This document shows positions 26,477 to 36,800 of a stretch of 60,621 bases of DNA, one piece after another. The first letter of the stretch is position 1; every line of letters begins with the position of its first letter. This DNA comes from Amoebophrya sp. A120 (taxonomy: Eukaryota; Protista; Dinoflagellata): the NCBI GenBank assembly GCA_905178155.1, contig CAJINV010000026.1, positions 1-60,621 of the forward strand, read 5' to 3'. A model generated the notes under the pieces. That model searched no databases. It was not told the origin of the DNA and was given only the letters and a program-made list of their open reading frames with translations. Made by a program: the position numbers and the translations under genes.

Positions 26477-29410
26477 CTAAAGAAAGCCATTTTTTCGCCA
26501 ACAATTGGTCAGAAGGAAGAAAAAACCCCAGGAAATTGCAATCATTCTTCGGTTTTTCTCGTGTCCGGTTTTGCATTTTGTCCACCCATAACTCAGCATC
26601 ATGAACATTATGTCAAGGTGGCCCCTCGAGAGGTCGTCGCGGCGGCCGGCCCAGCTCTCCCATGTATAATCTTTCTGGAAGATCTCTTTATCCTGGAGTC
26701 CCCACTTAGGAGGCTCCAGGATGTGCACTGGCCCGACGCTGCTGCTGCTTTTCGGAATTCCGACGAAAACCTCGATGCACTTGTCCTCCTCCTCGTCGTC
26801 GTCGTCCCCGGTACCGATCACTTTGACAATGAGGTCCTTGGTGCCCTCGTCGCACGTGATGTATTGCGCTGCGCGGACCCATAAACATTCATCCCGCAAT
26901 TTGACGCGCCTCCGATACTGTTCCCAGGCCGTCCGCCACTTTTCGGCGCGCCATTCTGCACGCTCCTCGAATGTTCCTGCGCGGTTCAGTTGTCTTTTCG
27001 CCAGTTTCACGTCCCACGACGGGAGGTAATCAAGAACTGCGACGAAGAGTGCGATGCAGTGACTGGTCGCCTTGACGCGAAGGGCACCGATTTTTGCGCG
27101 CCACTCCCCAACACCGCTTGGGAAGCTAAGCCAGCGGAGCCAGTGTGCAAAGTTCACGGGCCACTGCCGAGTATATGTCTCGTCACGGCGCCACGCTTCT
27201 GGAAAAGCGGTGCAAGGCCCTGAGCTAAAGCGAATCTCCGACTCGGCCACCTCCATCCCTTCTGCGGAGCCCACCACGCCGGAGAAAACATACTCCTCAT
27301 CAATGAAGTCCTCGGTCCGCCAGTTTTCTTCTAGCACTCTTGCGCTATTGGCGCGGTCCGCGGGTTGTAGCGTCTCCAGCAGACCCGCGCCTCGCAGAGG
27401 CTGGCTCTGATCCTCCTCGTCAACCAACGCAATTACCCAGTCACCACTTGCGTAAAACCGGATCTCCATGGTCGTCTCAACAGAGGGGGGATCTTCGCCA
27501 TTTTCGCTTGTTTCGCCGAGCCAAATCACTCTGCGCCGCGCCACCACGCGGTACCGGCGCCCGATGTGTCGGCCGCCGAGGAGCAGGGGAATCTCGTCCA
27601 CGCAGCGCAGAGGGCTATCGGCGCTGTCGAGGCGGCGGAACAGGTCGGCTTGGGCGTCGGGATCCAGCAATACACTGCACGCGCGTTCTCCGAACAGCTC
27701 GCGCAACCTCGTGATTGGTCGCCCTGGTGTGCAGTGGCAGTCATACGCGCCGCTGTCGTGCGCGCCGCTCCTGTGGTAAGTCAAAGAAGCGCCACCGTCG
27801 TGAGAACAATCACACGTGGCATGTTTGGCTCCCCGGAAAAGAAATGTGGTTTGCGGTACGATTAACCGACCTCCCGCGTCCACAAACCGCACTGGAATGC
27901 GCATGCGCACCCGTGACAGTTTCCTCCACCTTGCCACGATTTCACTTTCCCGGCGCACTGCCCTTGCGTGGTCTTGCCGCAATTTCTTCATTCGCAGGAA
28001 CCGAGTGAGCCTGCTCCAGCCGGCTAGCATGCGCTGCTCCTGCAGCATGATCTTCGTTATCCGCGATTTCTGCAGGGCGTTCTGTACACAGCAACTCCAC
28101 CCGGCCAGCGCGGGCTGCTCCCGCTGCAGGATCTTCGCTATCCTCGATTGCTGCAAGGCTTTTTGCACACACCCACTCCACCTCCTGACCGCTGTGGTCT
28201 GCTGCCGGAGCCTACGAAACACCCAGTACAGTACGACCAGCACGCCCCCAAGAGCAGGAAACAGTATTTTTACAGCCGTCGCGCCAACAGGAACTCCGTG
28301 GCCCGGCACCGTGCAGGCGAGCAACAAGGCCAAGCAAGCTGGCATGAGGCGGAACAAGACGAGCTGTCTTTCCCCAAACTCCCTCCAACTACACTGGTGC
28401 CGCAGCGAAATGACGAACGCAGCGGCTATGCTGCTGTGGAGGTGGTAAAAAGATGATCTACGGCCGGATCTATTTCTTTCGTCAGTGTGCTCAACATCGT
28501 CCCCTCTTTGCACCAACCACTGCGACGTACTGGTGGTTGCAGTATTGCTCAAGAAGCTCGAAGATTTCTTTTTCCCGAAGATGCCGAACTGCAAATCGTC
28601 CTGCAACTGAAGGTCCGGATCGGGTTTTGCGGAGGACGCGGGCGCGCCGCACGACGGTCTCTGTTGTTCTCTCGACATTTCGCGGCGCGCGGAGGAACAA
28701 AAGGTCTTCTGGTGTTCTTGCCGCATCTTCTTCGTTCGTAAGAAAACAGTGAGCCTGCTCCAGCCGGTCAGCGTGCACTGCTCCTGCTGCGTGATCTTCG
28801 CATGCCGCGCCTGCAACAAGGACTTCCGCGCACATGCACTCCAGCCGCTTAGCACGCGCTGCTCCGTCATCTTCCGCGCCCTCCTGCCCCATCCGCAAAC
28901 CGCCGTCACTGCCGTTGGCGTCCGTCGGCGAACAACGAAGCGAGCGAGCGCAGTACACAAGAGTATGAACAACAAGAGCATCGTGGCAAGCAGAAATCCA
29001 TCAAATGCAGCGGCTGGAGCTACGTCAAGATAAACGTCAAAATTTCTCTCGCAGATGAACATGAAAAAGGGTTGGCATTTTTCCTTTCCCGGGAAAACAG
29101 CGGCCAATGTGGTTTGCACGGCATCGTCAAGAGCGATAATGCGAGCGACCGCAGTACACAAAAGGATGACCAGCAGGAGCATCACGCCGAAAACGCGAAA
29201 AGTGGGTAAATGGCGAACAACGTTCATCTCGTAGAAGTGCGTCATGTCATTGTACAAAAACTTCTTGAAGGTGCGCAAAAAATTGAAATTCCCAGATGTA
29301 GGATTGGTCGTCGTGGCTGGCGTAGCAACATCAGCACTCCTGACGGCATTCTGCGACACGCCGTCCACTGTGCTGATCCCAGCTGGAATTTTTCCTTGCT
29401 CCGACTGCAT
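26477..29410 (-). CDS. Intron-free 977-aa hypothetical membrane protein with internal ~27-aa repeats
   Basis: Long uninterrupted ORF, several hydrophobic helices, repeated GWS...K...QEQ units, paralog directly downstream. Confidence 0.75.
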   Translation of the reverse strand: MQSEQGKIPAGISTVDGVSQNAVRSADVATPATTTNPTSGNFNFLRTFKKFLYNDMTHFYEMNVVRHLPTFRVFGVMLLLVILLCTAVARIIALDDAVQTTLAAVFPGKEKCQPFFMFICERNFDVYLDVAPAAAFDGFLLATMLLLFILLCTALARFVVRRRTPTAVTAVCGWGRRARKMTEQRVLSGWSACARKSLLQARHAKITQQEQCTLTGWSRLTVFLRTKKMRQEHQKTFCSSARREMSREQQRPSCGAPASSAKPDPDLQLQDDLQFGIFGKKKSSSFLSNTATTSTSQWLVQRGDDVEHTDERNRSGRRSSFYHLHSSIAAAFVISLRHQCSWREFGERQLVLFRLMPACLALLLACTVPGHGVPVGATAVKILFPALGGVLVVLYWVFRRLRQQTTAVRRWSGCVQKALQQSRIAKILQREQPALAGWSCCVQNALQKSRITKIMLQEQRMLAGWSRLTRFLRMKKLRQDHARAVRRESEIVARWRKLSRVRMRIPVRFVDAGGRLIVPQTTFLFRGAKHATCDCSHDGGASLTYHRSGAHDSGAYDCHCTPGRPITRLRELFGERACSVLLDPDAQADLFRRLDSADSPLRCVDEIPLLLGGRHIGRRYRVVARRRVIWLGETSENGEDPPSVETTMEIRFYASGDWVIALVDEEDQSQPLRGAGLLETLQPADRANSARVLEENWRTEDFIDEEYVFSGVVGSAEGMEVAESEIRFSSGPCTAFPEAWRRDETYTRQWPVNFAHWLRWLSFPSGVGEWRAKIGALRVKATSHCIALFVAVLDYLPSWDVKLAKRQLNRAGTFEERAEWRAEKWRTAWEQYRRRVKLRDECLWVRAAQYITCDEGTKDLIVKVIGTGDDDDEEEDKCIEVFVGIPKSSSSVGPVHILEPPKWGLQDKEIFQKDYTWESWAGRRDDLSRGHLDIMFMMLSYGWTKCKTGHEKNRRMIAISWGFFFLLTNCWRKNGFL

Positions 29411-30436
29411 GATCTTGGTGTTCCAGGGGCGTGGGTTGGTATCAACGCCGTTGATCAGGTTCAGGGCAGAGAACGTTGTCGTCGAGGCACCGTACTAGAC
29501 ATTGCAGTTTACTCACCACAGCGATTGCGATGAAACAGGCGGCGGAATGTTCTTGTCCCGGGAGAAATCACAAGGACGCGCGGTTGTCTTGTTCGCCTAA
29601 AACTGGTAGTACTGTCCCAAAATGAGTTCGCCTCTCCGGCACCGGTTCTGCGATGAGGACCATAAAGGTTGTCTGTTTTCGTCTTGTTGGGTGAGGTAAT
29701 TCATTATAGTAGTTTGAAAAAAACCTGAGCGCTGTTTGAAAGCTAAGATCTGTTCGATTTGCAGAGGGGAATAATCAAGTCGTATATTACTTGTTGCTCT
29801 ACTTACATCGAGTAGTTCTGTTTCTATCGAGTTGGGACAAGAATGGTGAAGCGAGTGCTTTTTCTGTCAATTTACTTGCTTGACACTTGATTGGTACAAC
29901 GGTGGCACTCGCTCTGCACTCGCGATTTTTATGGACACAGGCTCGCGCTCGACGGCAAATTCAAAGAAGAAAAGATAAAGAAAGACAGAGACGAAACACT
30001 ATATCAGTGGGAAAGCGAAAAAACAATGTTGTGAAGACACGAGTAGGACTCATTTTGTCAACTCTCGGACAGCAGCGGCACCATCAACAGAATCTACTTC
30101 CTCTCTTCGATCGTGCTTTGCGTTCACGATACTAGTTATGATGCTAGGAAAGCAGGCGGACGAATCATGACTCTACTTCGGCACCAAAATTTGGGAAACT
30201 GGAAATGCAAATGGCAACCATCGTAGAAGAAGCATGAGAAAACTTGTTTCTTCAATCTTGCGATGTTGCGCCACCCGGCCTCTTGAGAACCGCAAAGCGC
30301 GGAGCCATATGAATGGTTTTCCGTTTGAATGACCATGCAAGATGATAAAAAAGAGGACGCAGCTGGAGATACTAGTACCAAACGCGAGGACGGCGGCTTG
30401 TGTATTGATTTGGCTGCTTCTCGTCCCGCCGTCTGT

Positions 30437-33400
30437 TCAGAAAAAGAGGCCGCACACCTGCTCGAAATCTCGCGCATTTGCGATGCGTTTCCGGATATGA
30501 ATTGTGAAAGTGTCTGGGTCTGGAAGGTTGGATCTTGTAATGCTAGCTTTCCATATCCATACCTAGAAAATCTGCATTGCATAACCAACAGAAGACGCAG
30601 CCTCTTTTGTCGTGCAAAAACGCAGTTTCTCATGCGGATTGCCTATGGGCAAGCGCTTTGGGAAGTTGTCATGCCGGACTGCATTCGGAGGTGTTTTCAT
30701 CATGCACATTTTAGCATCACAAGTTTGCAGACCCAGACATTTTTGCATTTGATACCGGAACGGCTCGAACCAGGTAGCGCGGATCATGCGTTTCTGTATG
30801 CATATGCAAATAGGTGGTCTCGGTCTGGATTTGTCATGCAAGAAAATCTTACAGGCGCTAGGATGATCTGTGGCGCATTAAAACCCGCGACGAGTTTCCT
30901 CTTTTCATTCTGTGAAAAAGTAAACTCATTTTTTTTGTCTTGCGGTTTATTCCGAATGAACCTGCAATCTTCAGCCTCGTAGAGCCTCTGTTGCTATCAT
31001 GCCGTAACAAAAGCGGGGCGGGTTACACTACGTGCAAGAATGCGAGGATAATCACCACCAGCAGCACAAATTTCGAGACAACATCCGAGTCGTGATATTT
31101 GCTGTGCATATTGAGAAAAAAATTGTTGAACAGCAGCTGCTGTCGCTTCCACAGGGTGCATATCTCCCTCCAGCACTTGTCTGCGGCAGGTGAGTCCTGA
31201 ACAACACTGGTAACGTTCGATAAGGCGACACCAGCACTTAATATGCCACTGGTAGTCTTCACGTTGTTGACGCCCGTCTGCTGCTTTTCCTGCTGCTTTA
31301 TTTCCTGCTGGAGATAATTTGCGCACACGTCACCGGCGGTCTCCGTCCTGCGCATAAAGGCGGTGAGCCCGACGTGCAGAGTCAGCGAGGTAGCTTTAGA
31401 GGTTTGCGGGGTAGAAAGATAATTCTCACTGGCAGCAGAAGTAGATGACCTCCTCTGGCTTATCTGCAGCATCCGCTCAACTACGTGGTGCATCAGGGAA
31501 AAATCTATTTCTCCCTTATTTTCTTGCTCGCCCCTCGCAGCGGAACTTCCTGCAGCTCGCTCCTGCTCGGATGTGGTCTTCTCTGGTGAGGTCGGAGTTT
31601 GTAGTGATGCGGAAGAGGCAAGAGCGGGGCTTGCACTCTTTCTTGTTTGGTCACCGGACGAATGGAACCCAAACTCCCATCGCCAATTGAGGAAATACTG
31701 CCATTTATCAACTGCAAAAATGTCTGGGTCTGGAAACTTGTAATGCTAAAAATGAATGATAAACGCACTGCACTACGCAGCTATGCATGACAATTTTTTT
31801 GGCTGCCATGTCTTACGTATTCCGCATGGCAAAGTGCGTTTTTGCATGACAGATAAGACAGCTTTCTCGTGCATATGCAACACAGATGCTCGAGTCATGC
31901 CAAACAAGCATGACAAACTTGCATTCTTCCAGACCCAGACATATTTGCAATGCATGCCATTTATCTCGATCCTCGATTGCTGCGCTCCGGCGTCCACGCT
32001 GTTCGTGTCGTCCCTCGCGTGACCCACTTCTTGTGCTTTTCCGACCTTGTCTTGCTCTATGCTCCTTTTCAAACACCCCCTTCAACTGAAAAGGCAGGAA
32101 CCAGTCGTACCAGAGCGGTCGCAGACCGAAGGAAACTTTGCCTCATGCAGTGCAAATACGTCTGCGTCTGGGTCTCTGAAACAGTTGAGCTTTGTCATTG
32201 TCGTGCCAAAAAATCTGGACTGTGACAGAGTCTGTGTCGCATGATTGCCAAAAGCTGTTCACTTGGGCCTATTTGCAAGGAGGTTTCAGCTCATGCAGGA
32301 TCGGCAGGAGATCTCACGGAATCTGTCTGTCATAGTATGCCAAACATATCAGATTCAGACCTCTGCATCACGGATCATGGAATAAAAGCTGCATGTCAAC
32401 AAGTAGTTAAAGACATGTTTGCATTTGATACGCCTGGAAAAACGTGGATATTCGGCCCGGTGGGCGGAATCTGGAATTTCGACGAAGGAGGCCGGACGGG
32501 ATAGCAGATTGTGGCTATGAAAGTGCACAACCCTCCCTCCCCCTCGTTTGTCTTTGAAAATGTACCAAATCCAAGCGCTGCTGCATGGTACTGTTTGCAT
32601 GACAGATTGTTCTGGAAGCCCAAACAGTACTGCCCTGAGCGCATGAACCTTTGTTATGCACAGGCTCCACAGGCGGGGCTTTCTGTATGGCTGTTCATGC
32701 AAAACAAATGAGGAGGAGAGGGAGTTGTGCACTGTCATAGTGGAGGTGGCATGATCTCCATCGCCGCGTTGGTCCAGTCTTGACGCTGGTGAGGCTTCTG
32801 CCGTTCGCAATCCTCCTTGACGAGCGGGTTCAGGCTGAGAACCACCACCACTTTGAGTTTGATCATACGCATTCGCATACCGTGATTCATTATGTTCTCT
32901 TCGTGTCCTCTTTACACGGCAAATTTCTGGAACGCCCGTGACTGTCATCAAAGAGGTGCTCGGGTTGGAACCAGCAGGACCACCAGGGTGAGTATAGTGA
33001 AGGTTCTTCTTATCGCTAATGCTGTCCGCGGCGGACGCAGTTTTTACGACCTCGAATTTGCCGACTTCTACCAGCTCTGCGGAATTGTAGAAATCCCAGG
33101 CGGCGCTTGAAGCGGCTCGTTCGAGAGATTTTTTATCTTCATTGGCATCTTCACCAGGGTCTACTCGTCCACCTGTTGATGAACCACTTGCAAGCCCGCG
33201 CTGGTCAGAAACAGGACCACTTTCGCCATTTCTCCCAGTATTTTTTCGACCAGCAGTGCTAGTGGTCGTAGATGATAGAGGAATAGCAACCTTCGTTGAC
33301 GAACTGGCCGCACTTCCATTTTTCAGTAGCTCCCGCAAGGCTGTAGTAGTAGAAGAACTTCCACTTGCACCGCCCCCACCTGCAGAAGATAACCTCCTGC

Positions 33401-36206
33401 TTTTCTCCTGCATCGCCACCACCCGTGCCACCGCCGCAATAAAGAGCGTGCTCAGTTGGTACTCTTCGCACAGCAAGTTTCCGGTTTCCGGCTGTAATGC
33501 CGCGTGGTCCTCGTTGTACCGAAGCGATGGCTGTGCGAGAAATCGAAAAAAATCCGCGGGAAAAAACTGGCCCTCGTGGTGGTCGAACCAAGTGACAGGA
33601 GGGTAGTTTTTCTTGGGAGGGGCTGCTTCCTGCGTTCCACTTCCTACGCCGAGAATCCTAGTGACAAGAGAGGCGATATTTTTTTCTGCATCCGATAGAA
33701 AACCGCCATGTCATGCAAATCGATGTGCACGCCGCACGAGAACAAGCACAGTCTGAACTCACGTCGCATGTTGCACATGCAGTTGCAGCAAGGCAGAGAT
33801 TATAAATCTGCCTGTGTCTGAGCGCCATATTACCGACTCATTGACTGGCATGACAAACCGTCCTCAGACAAGCAAGGTAGACTTCTGGAAAATATTTGCG
33901 TACAGGCTGTGTGTCTTCATCTAGTTACTTCGACATGGAATGGCGTTTTTTTCTCTGCGACCCATACTCTTCGCACGGCCGGTTCCAATAGGGGACATTC
34001 TTCGTTTTGTCAAACCGTTCCAAATCGATCCCTTCGCGTTCGGCCATCGGCCGCTGGTAGCACTTGAATTGGTCATACTGCTTCCAATACCGCCCGCCTT
34101 CCCGCTCTGACTGCGGCCCGTCTCGTATTCGTGCCGTGACAAGCCCGAGCCCCACGTGGTTGGTGAACACGTAGTCTTCCAAATGCTCCCGAACGAGAAA
34201 CATGTTTGACGCCGCCAGGACGATGTGCGTGATCTTGTCCTCCCCCGTATCAACTGTAAAAATGTCTGGGTCTGGAAGATTCCGGGATTTGTGATGCATA
34301 TTTTGTATGATCCATGCTTCATGTGATGCATAATCTAGCATCACAGACTTTTAGAGGGCTTCCTGATGCCTAGCCCGCATGAGAAATGCCCTCTCCGCGT
34401 AACACAAACTGGACCCCTTTTGCTGGTCACGCAATAGTACACATTTTTTTAGAGTCCAGAGTTAGCATCACAAGTTCCAAACTTCCAGACCCAGACATTT
34501 TTGCATTTGATACCCCGTCTGGTTCAGCAAAATGCCAATATTGCTCACGTGCGCTCGGAGGATCGCGCACTGCCCGTAGCCGACGGAATACCGCTTGCGG
34601 TTGACGATCAGTCGTTTTTGCGTATGGGCGTGCTTTATGCATTGCAAAAGTATCGTACTGCTATAAATGCATTTCAAATTTCGTCAGTGTGAGAGATCAA
34701 ATTTGTAATGCGGACTTACCTTCAGATAAAGATTTGTAATGCATGCCTACAATACGAGAACGATACTTTTGCACAGGATATGCTTGTTGGCGAAGGTCTC
34801 AAGGTTCGTGAACACTTCCTCAGCGCTGTCGGTGTGCATTTTCTGCTTCATCGGTGGATACTTAGAACGGCTGTTTACGTTATGAACTGCAAAAGTATCG
34901 TGAGCACTAGCAGAAGTTGTAGTAATTGCAATACAAATTGACTCAGCATGACAAATGGAATTTGTCATGCGGATTTGCCTTAAGAAAAGGATGTGTAATG
35001 CATAAACGCAATTAGTACGAGTGCGATACTTTTGCAGTGCATATACGTGCAATACCAGCAACGTCGATTTCTCCGTTTTCCGGAGAAAAGAGCGCACGTA
35101 GTCGGTGAGATATTCCGCGTCCTCGTAGACGGCACCGGAAATGCCAAGGCGGAAGTGGTGTAACGGCTCCAGCTGCTCGGGGAAAGGTTTTCCTCTACTA
35201 GGCGAGGGTGATGGGATATCGCAAGAAAAAACTGCTTCACTGTAAACTTGTAATGCAGAAACTGTATCTGAGAAGCGTTTGTCTTGCGACACACGCAAGA
35301 CACTAGATTTTATCTGTGTTTTCCCTTACGAATCTCGCATGGCAAATTTTCTCGGTAATGTAGAACAAACTTGTGATGCAAAACTTGCAAAATCCTTACA
35401 GCGAAACACTTTTTTCGTGCGATATGGGAGACTGGATGATGGGAGACTTGTCCCTCCTGTTCTCGCCGATGCACCAGAAGCTGCTGGTCCGCCGTCAGCT
35501 CCGGAACGACCCTCTCGCGAACCAGTACTACCCGCAGCCACCGTCGCAGCTGCACCTGCTCCAGGTCGTGACACCAGCGGAGGCGAACTGGTGATCTTCC
35601 CTGCACCGTAGAGCAAAAACTTTTCCAGTTCTGTCCGATCAAACTGCATCTTCGCCCTATCAAATGTAAAAGTGTCTGGGTCTGGAAGAGTGCCAGGTTT
35701 GTCATGCACATTTTGCATGACTCCTGATGTCTGTGATGCATGCCCTAGCGTCACAGATTTTGTGAGGGCTTCCTGATGCCTATACCGCATGACAAATGCT
35801 CTTTTCGTGTAGCAAAACTTAGACTCTCTTTGCTGCTCATGCAATTACAGACTTTTTTGTAATCCAAAATGAAAATCAGCATGACAAGTTGGATTCTTCC
35901 AGACCCAGACATTTTTAAGTACATTTGATACGCCCGCTGCAGGTACGACGCCGGCGTTTGAAGGAGGCTTGTCCCATCCGGCGCTGAGGGTGTCAGGGAA
36001 GAAAAGGTCAGGACGACGTCCTTGTTGAGGTAGAAGGAAAGGAGGACGAAAAGAAACACCGTGAAATAATACCGGGTTCTGTGGTGTTTCCTGTCTGACA
36101 AAGCTTCGGCGGCTTTGGTGAAAAGGAAGCGGCAACAGCAGAAGACCCTGCAAACCGCCTTGCAGCACCGGGAACAAGAGCCTGGGCCTGCTGATAGAAG
36201 CGACAT
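30437..36206 (-). CDS. Putative type II membrane glycosyltransferase-like protein; 11 introners
   Basis: One frame from MSLLSAG to VCGLFF* after removing 11 elements plus 5 nt each. It has an N-terminal TM and motifs LVLHVN, IVNRKRY, LRAHVSN, IVLAASNMFLVR, HEGQFFP, CEEY, FLKRMIR. The GT assignment is by resemblance only. Confidence 0.7.
30496..30754. mobile_element. TIR introner, family A
   Basis: Family A TIRs; perfect DR CCGGA. Confidence 0.92.
30797..31110. mobile_element. TIR introner, family A (degenerate)
   Basis: TATGCATATGCAAATA...TATTTGCTGTGCATA; DR TTCTG/TTGAG; frame restored. Confidence 0.75.
31706..31956. mobile_element. TIR introner, family A
   Basis: Family A TIRs; perfect DR CCATT. 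Confidence 0.92.
32144..32430. mobile_element. TIR introner, family A
   Basis: Family A-like TIRs; DR TGCCT/CGCCT. Confidence 0.8.
32516..32739. mobile_element. TIR introner, family E
   Basis: TATGAAAGTGCACAACCCTCCC...GGGAGTTGTGCACTGTCATA; DR GTGGC/GTGGA. Confidence 0.88.
33689..33927. mobile_element. Highly degenerate introner/intron
   Basis: Internal TGTCATGC/GCATGACAA motifs; removal plus 5 nt gives SMSK|KNIAS in frame; TIRs hardly visible. Confidence 0.45.
34248..34512. mobile_element. TIR introner, family A
   Basis: Family A TIRs; perfect DR CCCCG. Confidence 0.93.
34636..34780. mobile_element. TIR introner, family C
   Basis: TGCAAAAGTATCG...CGATACTTTTGCA; perfect DR TGCTT. Confidence 0.92.
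34881..35043. mobile_element. TIR introner, family C
   Basis: Family C TIRs; perfect DR TACGT. Confidence 0.92.
35217..35424. mobile_element. TIR introner, family D
   Basis: TATCGCAAGAAAAAACTG...CACTTTTTTCGTGCGATA; perfect DR TGGGA. Confidence 0.92.
35658..35930. mobile_element. TIR introner, family A (young subfamily)
   Basis: Perfect DR CGCCC; near-identical reverse complement of 56086-56347. Confidence 0.94.
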
Positions 36207-36800
36207 GGTTAAAAAATGACGGTGGCGCAAATGCAAAACGGCTCCGGAGGTGCTAGTGTGGAACTAAGCTATGCATATTTAAGCGGGGCGGCGAGCGTCT
36301 CTTTGGCGTCGGGCATCAGCCAACACCAACAGCAATAGCAAAACATCAACTTTATAAAGTAATTAGATCGATTTCCAACACAAAGATTTTAGCATCTACC
36401 GCTGAAAGTGAAAGTGAAAGCTTCCCCGATGGGTTGCATTGCTTGCGCGGCGCCACCTACGAGAAAAAAAATTCAAGTTTCTCCGAACAAACATTTTGCT
36501 GCGACAAAATCGCCCAGGGAGCAGGCCTCGTCGGCTCGGTCGCTTGTTTATCTTCATTCGTGTGATCGCGCGTAAGTACACTTCACGTTCCTCATCTCTA
36601 CTTATGGCGTTGACGCGTAGAGTTCGTTAGTAGCTCTTGTTCTTCCCGGCTGAAACCGCATTGAGTCAATTCCTCCTCCAAACATTCTAGCATATTCTGC
36701 AGTAGCGCACTGCGAAACTCGACGCATAGCATGCGATGCTCGCAACTGGAATCTCACGGTGTACCAGCACTAGTCGTGGCAGGAGCTGGCACTTTACCGC

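Noticed and set aside
26477-29410. 977-aa ORF as the transposase or splicing enzyme for the introners
   Set aside because: No recognisable DDE, RT, recombinase or nuclease motifs, no flanking TIRs, and it has TM helices. It cannot be fully excluded without an HMM search.
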